A stretch of 64,000 nt of DNA, taken from the NCBI GenBank assembly GCA_002104905.1, contig MCFE01000171.1:62001-126000 (forward strand), in the 5' to 3' direction. Positions 52,401 to 62,890 of this stretch are shown here, piece by piece. A program made the translations under genes and the position numbers. The notes beneath the pieces are model-generated. The model did not search any database. It was not told where the DNA came from and saw only the letters and a list, made by a program, of their open reading frames with translations. The first letter of the stretch is position 1; every line of letters begins with the position of its first letter. The DNA is from Basidiobolus meristosporus CBS 931.73. Taxonomy: Eukaryota; Fungi; Basidiobolomycota.

Positions 52401-53397
52401 AAATCCATTCTAGTTTCTACCCAAGCTTAGCATATCTAGCACTCTCAAGAACACCAAGCCTAGCCTGCATAGCAAACCTACTCTGTTACCTTTGTAGCCC
52501 AACTCAGCTATATATAAGACCAATATTAGACCAGAACCTCTCTGCTAATGTTTCTGACACTCTTGACAATTCTAAGATTCTGCACTTAGTTGTCACTTAG
52601 GTTCAGTTAACTCATTCAAGAGTTTTATTACACTTTTCTCTTGGATACAACACCAAGAAATAAGGAAACTCCAGATTTGTTGTAAATGACTAAACCTTAG
52701 TTTGACCAAAAGTGGGTCAATTTTGCTCAAATAAGAGGCATTAGATAGCCCAGAGGCTATATATTATTATTACAATCTGTCAATTAGACTCAGCGTATCT
52801 ATCAAGTCCGTACAACTGATCAAAGTTGACAATTAGTATTATGATCAGATCATTCCAATCTTTAGGCATACCACCAAGTAGAGATACACATTGAATTCCA
52901 AGTTACTTGTTCAATTAGGTTGAACACAGGTGCATATACTGTTGGATAATATATTAGTCCAGTATGCAACACAGCTAAGTCTTATATGCTTATTACAGAT
53001 TGCACACTCTCAATATGTATTTATTACTAATATTTTGTTGAGTGGGAGTGTTGTAATTGTTGAGTTGTCACCTAAATATTCATGCTAACTTAGTCACATA
53101 GATTTCATACTGTGATTAGCATTCTGTCCTGACCAGATTTCTTGTCAGGATTTACTTAGAATATTTTCACCAAATTGTCAGGTACCCAGATTATTATTTT
53201 TCTCAAAGTTGTCCAAAAGACCCCAAACTTTGCACATATATTCTTGGGACCTTCCTTAACAAACTCTTCACATTTGCTTTCTCTACTCTATCAAAGGTAT
53301 AAATTCTATACTTTTAATTAATAAATCTACAAGTGAATTACATGTAAATTCTTTAGTTCTCCACATCACTTTCAATACTCCTCAGAATATTGCAACA
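49412..53397 (+). mobile_element. Non-autonomous LTR element, family B (3986 bp)
   Basis: LTRs 49412-49760 and 53049-53397; TSD TTTTG. PBS GGTTATGAGCCC; PPT GAGTGGGAG. No gag/pol motif recognised in the 3288-bp interior. Confidence 0.9.
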
Positions 53398-54284
53398 TTT
53401 TGAAGCTCCACTAGACTTCCATATCCCAGAGTGCTCAGCAACTGGTTCCATACCAGGAGTATTTTGGAAACCTTGCCAGTTGGGAATGACAGACCTTCTG
53501 GAAGGCAAAGGCCCTTTTGTTCTGGCAAATACCAGGCACATTGTGTGAAGTTTCAAGCACTATCTGACATTGATGGTAACATTGAATGTTTTAGTGGCCA
53601 TTTGCAGGAGGTGGGCCTGACAATGCACTCTGGGTAAAGAATCATCCAGAATGCAGTAGAGGGGAGAGATATCTGGCAGACTAAGCTTATGTTGGAGAGG
53701 ATTGTTAGAGATTAGGATGTATTATAGCTCTTAGGAAGCCAAGGAATGGAGTGCCTAGCAGGAAGCAGAAGCCCTACAATGAGATATTTAATCATATAAA
53801 AGCAAGAGTAGAGCATACGTTTGGATATCTAGAGAGATTTAGCATATTAGCTGTCAGGAAAGTCATATACAGGAGAAAACAGCAGAATAGGTAAAATAGT
53901 TAGGATACTTATTAATGCATAGTATATTCAAATAAGAATACATTCACTGAGAGAAATGTGTCTGGAGCATTATGAAGAGTAGATAATGCAAGAAAAGCAC
54001 TGTTCTGAGCAGCATAAGTAAGATTGAGTAAAAACACCAGTAACTGTATCCAACACTGTAAGCAATGCATTCTGCATTTCAGTAATATCCCTATACCAAT
54101 GATAAAGTTGAACATGAAGCATTTCAAGCTAATTGAGCCCTTTGATATAGCAGAGAAACTTGAAAAAATTAGCAAGATATTTCAGAGTATCTACTGCCCA
54201 AAGTCCTTCTCACAGGCTCCAATCCCCTATGAAAAATTATTGTGATGATCCTGTCAAAAGGCCATCACGGATTCTAAGTCCCAA

Positions 54285-56039
54285 TAATGCTCATGAGTCA
54301 ATCATAATCTTCACTGGTACTCTATTGACTACTCCTTTCAAGTATAATAGCTTTCCTGAGTTTGAGGTTATTTTAGATAAGTATTCTTCTGTCATATAGA
54401 AGGTAAGTTCATGGTCTTCATGAAGTTCATCCCCCATATTACTATGCTCAAGGGCTTACATGTGGTTGAAGGCTCTTGCTGACTAGTGTCCGTTTCTTCT
54501 CTGAGAGTTGTACTATGAAATATGCCCTTGCTGGTGGCAATTAATGAAAAGTCCTTTCTTCTTACATTCTTCTGAAGTGGAATTCTTCTGTATAGTGTCT
54601 ATTTCCATTTACACTGCTTCTGATTTCTTCTTTCAAAGTGATTATAGCCTCTGTGATAAGTCACATCGCTGAGTCATAGTCAATAGACCCATGATGGCTT
54701 CTTCAGTGATTTGAGGCCTTCAGTAATCAACTTCCTTGCAAGTATGTTCTTTCCACCCATCATCAAAGTATTCATCTTGATAAGGTAGCTGACCTGATCT
54801 GTTATGAAGCCACTGTAAATCTTCATTGGCTAAGTAAGAAACTGCATAATGCTGCTTGCTCTGTGGAGCAATTCCCTCAGCCTTAAAAGCTTCTTCAATC
54901 TAGAAGAGCCAAGTTCCCAGGACTCATTGACTTTATCATGATACTAGTTAACCTTCATGCTAAAGTTGCACTTCACAGGTTTTGCTGGTTCTAGGACTTG
55001 ATAGTAATTCCTTGTTGCAGCTAGCTAAGGATCTGGAGTAACTGCTGCTGTTGGGCCAGGATTTGCTGCATAGTATTCTTCCATTCTTGCATCTCTACAT
55101 CTTGAATGAAGTTTCTTCTTTCTTCAGGGGAGATATTTCTGGTTATTGCTGCTATCTATGTTACCAGTCTTGATACAAGAGTTGTAGAGGTATAGGAAGT
55201 TTAGCTAGTACTGTATTTACTTAAACTTACACCAATGTTTATTGAGGTTCCAGTAGCTCCTGACATACATTCTGCCAGACCAATTGATGACTAATTTTAT
55301 TTCCTGAAGTAGGTAGTGGCAGATGACTCATTTAATTACTTCATTATCCCTCAATTGGATCCTGCTTAATATATCAGTTGCTGTCTGATAAGTGTCATGA
55401 TCACATGACAACCATGAACACCCATGCCAAGTTTCAGCTTCCTAGCTCAGTTTGTAAGAGATTCCTTCTGGAACCTTCTACCACCTTCCAGAAAGTTCCT
55501 GACCATTGCAAACCATTGTTACACAATGGAACATTTCATGGAAGCTTCCCATTATATTTTTCATAGTCTAATGCCATATATGGAAATACCAGGCCACATG
55601 ACTTGGTCACACAATCAGGTGACCCAATCCATTTCCCCATCCTGTCTCAGTGCCTTGCCTTCTATATTATTATCCCCAGCACTGCTGCTGTGCCTCACCC
55701 CACAACCCCATTAGTATTAGCTAATATCTCTTGGCATCAGTATAGCCAAAAAGTATATATAGCCCTGTTCCCCCTTAAGTACTCTTCAGTCTGATAGACA
55801 CAGGTCTTGAATAAGCAGCCTTGCCTTGGAAATCCACCTTGCCTTGTTGATCCACACCTAAGTCCTTTCCTGGTCCTGCCTTGCCTAGCTCTACTCTCCT
55901 GTGTTGTGTCTATTCATAACAATAAGTATTTACCAATGCATCTTCTAATCAATACTACTGACTTGATAGACATCCCTTACTTACTAATGGGCTAATCATA
56001 AAACCAATTGATTTGACTAAGAACTCATGTAACGTAACA
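54285..56039 (-). mobile_element. Degenerate Ty3/gypsy 5' remnant (LTR, gag, start of protease)
   Basis: Minus strand near 54290-54350 reads GKLLYLKGVVNRVPVKIMIDS*A (retropepsin-like). Decayed knuckle NCHQQGHIS near 54500-54540. TG..CA segment 55393-56039 is a likely LTR. Confidence 0.6.
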
Positions 56040-57280
56040 ATTCAAGTGGTAGATCATGACATGTTTGATGAGAATCCATCAAGTACCAAGCAAAGGCATG
56101 GGCATTCATACCTTCAAAGTAGACCTTACTTCTTAGCTGTTTGTAACCTTTGTTATCAAATATATTGAAATATTTGCACTTGATTGATGCTAAGTGTGGT
56201 AATGTATAATTTCACAATATTTGTCAGACTGTATGAGCTTCTTTAGATGGGGTATTATTGGAGTATAACTGGGGTGTGAGGGACATTTTCCTGCTATGGT
56301 GGTGGATTCCTTGCAAGTTGAACTTGTTGAAGTGGTGGCATCTTCTGATGTGAATGCCATGGAGTTATTAATACAGGCAGGGATCAGGATGGTCTCTGGG
56401 TCATATCTTGCTAGCTGCATAACAGTTGTCCATTAGGGCCATGCACATAGTCCCTATGAGAAATCTCAAGCTTGTAATTTATTGGGCTTTCAGCTAGTGT
56501 TCTGCTTGTATTCTATTGGTATTTTGCTGGTATTCAGCTGGTGTTTTTGGCTCAAAATTTCAAATGCAATATTTGAGGGAAGTAATGTGCAGCTAATTAC
56601 CAAACTTGGTATGGATGCTAGTTAGCCTATTCTCCAGTGGAGACTTTGTTTGCTTGCCTGCCCATCAGCTAACAACAGAGATATTAAGAGTTACCAATTT
56701 GAGAAACTAGGAATTCAGCTGATATTATGACGGTATTTTGCTAGCCTTGCCTTAATTTTACTCTTAGGGAGTAAGATGCATCCCAAACAATTTTTGCAAG
56801 TGGTTGTAGTAATTCTTCAAGGCTCCCATTACCAATATTAATGGAAACACACCACTTTTCTAGCCACAACATCACATTACTCACAAACAGATGGATTACT
56901 GGGCTCATTTGGCTCTATAAAGTGTCCTTGGCACTTTTTTCTACAGGTGTTGTCTCATTGCATCTTGCAATTTTGTTGGACTCAAGCAAGGTACTGTTGT
57001 TAGAGGAGATAGGCTCACAATATATTAGTGAGTCTTCTTTTTCAGAGCTATTGCTCTTTCTGCCATATTCAGAAGGCTGAGGTGAGCCCAAAGGCACTAC
57101 AGACTCACATGACTTAGTTTGCACACGGTGACAGGTACAGCTAGGTGCTGTTATATAAGTATCAAGTGGCTGGCAGGATGTAGTTGGTACAGAAGTACCT
57201 GATCAATTGTCAAACATGACTTGTGTGGCAAAACACTGGCTGTGAGCCTTTTAATACTTCCTATGCTGTCTGTGCCCTTC
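56040..57280 (-). mobile_element. Second CACTA (Tnp2-type) transposase remnant
   Basis: YDPETILIPACINNSMAFT..YTPIIPHLKKL..FDNKGYKQL; collinear with 36250-36900. Confidence 0.7.
56452..56769. mobile_element. CCCTA-ended MITE (318 bp)
   Basis: Ends CCCTATGAG and CTCTTAGGG; 3-bp TSD AGT; homologous to 43186-43861. Confidence 0.85.
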
Positions 57281-58703
57281 ATGGCTGGAAGGCTTGTTAC
57301 AATAGCCACAATGTGTCAGCTTGTTCATAGTGCTGGATCAATCTAGCACTCTAAGGCACTATCTGGCACTATCCTTTTTATCACAATGCCAGTGGTAGGA
57401 TATAGTTACTGGTAACTATACTCAATCTTGCTTATGTTGCTCATATTAGTGCTTTCCTTGCTATATCTACTCTTCATATTAGACTTGTTCCATCATACCG
57501 TGCCAGGGCGCGTGGCGCAATCCGCGGTTGCAAAGAACGATCGGGCACGATATTATAGCTACCAGAAGGCAGGATTGTTCTTGGACAATTTTGCACTATG
57601 CGGGACAATCTCGCACACTATGGCACAATCTGACACGATGAGGTTGGCGCGGATGATCGCGCCAACTCGTAATGCTTGCATCACATGCGCGATTGGATAC
57701 CGCTATAATGGCAGGTAAAATCCGGTATTTGGATATGTTTCTTTAATGTAAATGGAAATAAATGTGTATCACACTATAAACTACACTGATACTTACCATT
57801 TTGGTTACCCTCACTCCAATTGGACGGTATCTCAGTGGTTAATTGGTCCAAAAGTATCCTGAAGCTGGCAGCCCCCAATTGGCTCATTGACTACTGAAAA
57901 AGCTACCTGATTTGCCATCAAATATCCCATTTTGCCCATTGAGCAAGTAAATCCCTGATCCTAGTGATTGGGCAAGGTGTCATAGCTAGCATGCAAGCGA
58001 TCGTGTAGGTGCAAAACAGATCCAATAGCTGCACTGGTATTACAGATGACGTATATATATGCAGGGTGTTTATTTATAAGGGTTCTGTCTCAAATGTGAG
58101 ACGACCTTGATATTACTTATATCAAAAATTTGATGATCACTGATTTGCGATGGCTCAATTCGGATCGCAAAAAAAAAGGGTTGTTGGGATCATTACGAAT
58201 GTGAGTGATTCAAAGCAATCGCATTATCTTCTCCTGGGTTTTTTTCTCACAGGGATTACTACTGAAGCATTTGGTAGTGACTCACTTTGCACACCTATAC
58301 TACTTCCTGGCTGACTATCATCTTGGCTACTTGTGTATTTGTAGTCAGTATTTTGCCTCCTAGTTGATGAGTGCGATGCTGCAGCTTGGCCACGCTGAAT
58401 CGCTCCAACTGAACCAACTGAACCAACTGAACCGGCCTGTAGTGCCACGCACTGACGCGTTCTTTTACTTGCCAAGGGCTCCGGTGGTTGAGTCACTTCA
58501 TGTTGGTCATCATCAGTCAGTTCACCAGAAGTAACTCGCTGATGGTCAGGCAAAACAGCACACGCAGGCGCGCCTTGACGCGTTGAGATGGCCCTTGGCT
58601 GAGTTCGATGTGATGCCGCATGTTGACGTGACTTGGTCCGCTCCAATGGACTTGTGTCTAACTGAGCAGTTTGGTGAGTTCTGGTAGTTTTGCTCTGAAG
58701 CGC

Positions 58704-59774
58704 TGTAGTGGGGTGACAGTGACACCCACTGACAAATGTGCTCATTCCCTTATTTTCTACTTCCCTATATCTCTACTACACTTATTTTAGTTTTATCCCA
58801 TTTGTCTTACCCAATCAGTACTATCCCATAAGCCGGTTGACTATCACACCTGCTTACCTTATTGCATAAGTTACCCCTCACTTTATGTAAGATTACTAGC
58901 TATAAGTACTTCTAAATTAGGCAAGTACCCGCGCCAGTGCCCGTGACACATGATCAGCCCGTGTGACCATCCCTACCATTTCCATACCATATATGGTATC
59001 CCCATGTTACACAGGTTTCAGAATACTGATTCCTGATTGGTTGGATGTGCTGTGCCTCTTAGAACCTTCCGGCACCTACTTAGAACATTCTTAGGTCATT
59101 CTGATGTCATTAAGATTTCTATTGATATCCGGAACCTTCTGGAACACCATGATTAGTAATCACTTAGCCAGTAAGAAAAGTATATAAGGGAGGCTATCCC
59201 TCAACAATAAATCATCATCCCTTTTATCAATATACCGACTTGTTGATTAGTGTGATCACTGCTACCTGCTGCTACCTGAACTTCCAACCCCAGACCACAG
59301 GACACTCCCAGGAAACCGCGCTGACAGCCAACTGACCTTGGAGGCACTACTTGTGAGGAATACTCAGAGTAGGTATCTTTTATTATATTTGGTTCTTTCC
59401 CAAGTTTGTTCTTGTACAGGCAAAGATACTTTTCTGTCTTTGTAACTATTGACCACAGCTGCATTCTTATCAAGTCCCTGCTGGTGGAGTTTACAGTTGT
59501 TTTGACTTTGGAAGCTTTAGTACATTGTCATCTCAAAGGACACTGAACCCAGCACATACTTTTGTTAAGACGCCAACTAAGTTGGGGATTGTAGCTCAAT
59601 AGTTTTCCCTTGACAAGCTTGTGGCTTTATTCCCCTTCACATTAGATTAGAGACAGAACCCAAGTATTCCTAGCAAGCTTTTGCCAGAGGTTATCGCACC
59701 CAGTGAACACCCCACACACAAAACACTTGAGAAGTGTTGGACGTATCTCTCCCTTGGACTTATACACCACCACA
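58704..59774 (+). mobile_element. Solo LTR, family E (1071 bp)
   Basis: TGTAGTGG..CCACCACA; flanks GCGC (58700-58703) and GCAC (59775-59778). TATA-like GTATATAA near 59180; AATAAA near 59205. Confidence 0.85.
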
Positions 59775-59926
59775 GCACGCGCGTTGACCCGACGGGCGTT
59801 GACTCAATGCGCGTTGACTTGACGCAGGGCGTTCTGGTAAAGGGTGTTGGCGTGGTCTGGACTGACATGCGCCGGCGAGCTGTGGTTGCAAGAGATGGTA
59901 GGGCATCCAGCGAGGCGTGCTGGCGC

Positions 59927-60998
59927 TGTGGTGGTGTATAGGTCTAAGGGAGAGATATGTCCAACACTTCTCAAGTGTTTTGTGTGTGGGGTGTTCACTG
60001 GGTGCGATAACCTCTGGCAAAAGCTTGCTAGGAATACTTGGGTTCTGTCTCTAATCTAATGTGAAGGGGAATAAAGCCACAAGCTTGTCAAGGGAAAACT
60101 ATTGAGCTACAATTCCCAACTTAGTTGGCGTCTTAACAAAAGTATGTGCTGGGTTCAGCGTCCTTTGAGATGACAATGTACTAAAGCTTCCAAAGTCAAA
60201 ACAACTGTAAACTCCACCAGCAGGGACTTGATAAGAATGCAGCTTTGGTCAATAGTTACAAAGACAGAAAAGTATCTTTGCCTGTACAAGAACAAACTTG
60301 GGAAAGAATCAAATATAATAAAAGATACCTACTCTGAGTATTCCTCACAAGTAGTGCCTCCAAGGTCAGTTGGCTGTCAGCACGGTTTCCTGGGAGTGTC
60401 CTGTGGTCTAGGGTTGGAAGTTCAGGTAGCAGCAGGTAGCAGTGATCACACTAATCAACAAGTTGGTATATTGATAAAAGGGATGATGATTTATTGTTGA
60501 GGGATAGCCTCCCTTATATACTTTTCTTCACTGGCTAAGTGATTACTAATCATGGTGTTCCAGAAGGTTCCGGAGTTCAATAGAAATCTTAATGACATCA
60601 GAATGACCTAAGAATGTTCTAAGTAGGTGCCGGAAGGTTCTAAGAGGCACAGCACATCCAACCAATCAGGAATCAGTATTCTGAAACCTGTGTAACATGG
60701 GGATACCATATATGGTATGGAAATGGTAGGGATGGTCACACGGGTTGATCATGTGTCACGGGTACTGGCGCGGGTACTTGCCTAATATAGAAGCACTTGT
60801 AACTAGTAATCTTACATAAAGTGAGGGGTAACTTATGCAATAAGGTAAGCAGGTGTGATAGTCAACCGGCTTATGGGATAGTACTGATTGGGTAAGACAA
60901 ATGGGATAAAACTAAAATAAGTGTAGTAGAGATATAGGGAAGTAGAAAATAAGGGAATGAGCACATCTGTTAGTGGGTGTCACTGTCACCCCACTACA
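59927..60998 (-). mobile_element. Solo LTR, family E (1072 bp), inverted
   Basis: Reverse complement of 58704-59774 with about 20 differences by hand count. TSD GCGC at 59923-59926 and 60999-61002. Confidence 0.85.
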
Positions 60999-62005
60999 GC
61001 GCAATCTGGACAATGTTGCTCGCGGTCTGTATTCTGCCTCCTGAAGCTCACCATCTGATTCCTCAAGGTATTCACTTACCCTCTGTCTGATACTTTGGAG
61101 CTGTTGCCTGGATGAGTCCTGTGTATATTGCTCTCGGAAGCCACTTAGCTCTACTAATATATCACGTAGTACATTAGTCATTTGAGGCAAAAACTCATTC
61201 AAAATCTCTTTGGTTCCCAAAGTTGAGGCACGAACGGACGCATCCGGCCCGTACTGTGCAAATTGCGCGCAAAATTGTTCCCGCGCGGCTTCCTTGTCAA
61301 ATCCCCTCACTCTCAGCTCATTCTTGATTTCAATACTTGTCTTGTTATATATCTTTTTACATACATTGGCTGGCATCTTGATGTAGAACTCATGCCACAG
61401 CTTTCTACTCAAATTCTTCCATCCTTGTCAACTCTCTGAGGTATCTAGTTCTGCTAGATTAATCAGTAGTGCCCAAATATCTGTATGAAGGCTCATCATA
61501 GACACTTGGGCCATACTAAAATCATTTGGCGAGAACTCGAACGGATCCAACATCGACTTTTCCGGTCCGAACCGCGCTTGTGAGCTGGGGGATGGGTTTT
61601 GTCTGGGTTGTACTAAAGATGAGTTGAGGCTTGGTATGGGGACCATAGCAACGGATTTGGATACTTATACAGCAGTATATTGGCATCAACCTGGTCTTAT
61701 ATGAAATATATATGAAAACTAAAGTGATTGTTGAATTTTCCATATATTATGCATGATGCATCTCGGATTGCATTGACACGGATCAGATCACATCAATTGC
61801 AGATTTCCTATTTGATTATAGACCTATGATTAAAGCATCAATAAAAGTACCAAGGCATTGTTTGCGGATGATTTTTGCAACATAATGATGGGATACATGG
61901 CAATTGATGGAGATTTAACCATAATGTGTTAAAAATCAGATAAATAACGCAGATCGCGCCAAATCAATTCAAACCGCCTCCATACAATCATCCATCAATT
62001 TTAAT

Positions 62006-62890
62006 ATGACTTACTCATCTGAATGGTCTTTTCTCATCAATCCCATCACTACCACTGGATTTCCTTTTGACACACTGGAGGAGATCTATTCCAAGTACTG
62101 TGGACCATCAACCCCAATCTACTCAAGGAGATCCCTTGTTAAGCTTCTCTGCAATTACAAGAACTATTGCCCTACAAGGTTTCATCCCACCATCCATGGC
62201 AACAAAAGTCCTAGAAGCTTTCATTCCCAGCAGACAGCAATGGAGAACCATCTTGCAGAGGGTATGAATGACTTAGAGCAAGCTTGGAATACTAGGTTCA
62301 GAAGCTCCAATAGACTTCCATATCCCAGAGTGTTCAGCAACAGGTTCCATATCAGGAGTATTTTGGATACCTTCCCAGTGAGGATTAACAGACCTTCTAG
62401 AGGGCAGAGGCACTTTTATTCTCGCAAGTACAAGGCACACTGTGTGAAGTTTCAAGCACTGTCTGACATTGAGGGTAACATCATCTGGTTTAGTGGGCCA
62501 TTTGCTGGAAGTAGTCATGACAAAGCACTCTGGGTAGAGAATCATCCTGAATTCAGTAGAGGGGAGAAATGTATGGCAGACTTGGCCTATATAGGAGAGG
62601 ATTGTCAGAGATTAGGATGTATTACAGCTTATAGGAAGCCAAGGAATGTTGTGCTTAGCAGGAAGCAGAAGCTCTACAATGAGATATTTAATCATTTCAG
62701 AGTAAGGGTAGAGCACACATTTGGATATCTGAAGAGATTCAGCATATTGGCAGGTAAATACAGAGGAAAGTCATATATAGGAGAAAACAGCAGAATAGGT
62801 AAAATAGTTAAGATACTTATCAATGCACAGTATGTTCATACAAGAAGACATCCACTGAGAGAAATGTGTCTGGAGCATTATGAAGAGTAA
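62006..62890 (+). CDS. PIF/Harbinger-type DDE transposase (DDE_Tnp_4-like), intact 294 aa
   Basis: Catalytic motifs ILDTFP, GPFAGSSHD, MADLAY, YRKP, RVRVEHTFGYLKRF. Confidence 0.88.
   Translation: MTYSSEWSFLINPITTTGFPFDTLEEIYSKYCGPSTPIYSRRSLVKLLCNYKNYCPTRFHPTIHGNKSPRSFHSQQTAMENHLAEGMNDLEQAWNTRFRSSNRLPYPRVFSNRFHIRSILDTFPVRINRPSRGQRHFYSRKYKAHCVKFQALSDIEGNIIWFSGPFAGSSHDKALWVENHPEFSRGEKCMADLAYIGEDCQRLGCITAYRKPRNVVLSRKQKLYNEIFNHFRVRVEHTFGYLKRFSILAGKYRGKSYIGENSRIGKIVKILINAQYVHTRRHPLREMCLEHYEE

Larger units (their letters stand above)
42640..54060 (+). mobile_element. Old PIF/Harbinger-superfamily copy H1, fragmented by nested insertions
   Basis: 42640-43185 and 43862-44700 are collinear with about 61003-62270. 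49385-49411 and 53403-54050 continue the transposase. Many stops, almost no CpG. Outer limits approximate. Confidence 0.85.
58224..61646 (-). pseudogene. Harbinger partner ORF2 (Myb/SANT-trihelix-like N-terminus, low-complexity C-terminus), interrupted by two solo LTRs and one TGA
   Basis: Segments 61646-60999, 59922-59775 and 58699-58224 join in frame (1272 nt). DIWALL..GWKNLSRKLWHEFYIKMPANVCKKIYN resembles a trihelix motif (judged by eye). In-frame TGA at 61428-61430. Confidence 0.75.

Noticed and set aside
59201-60500. Duplicated 90-aa ORF (59201-59473 and 60228-60500) as a gene pair
   Set aside because: It lies wholly inside the two LTR copies, antisense to the presumed promoter, with no recognisable motif. 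Its conservation reflects LTR identity.
58704-60998. Inverted repeat as a fold-back duplication or simple assembly error
   Set aside because: The arms differ at about 20 sites, each has its own TSD, and the flanks and spacer join into one ORF. Long-read confirmation is still desirable.
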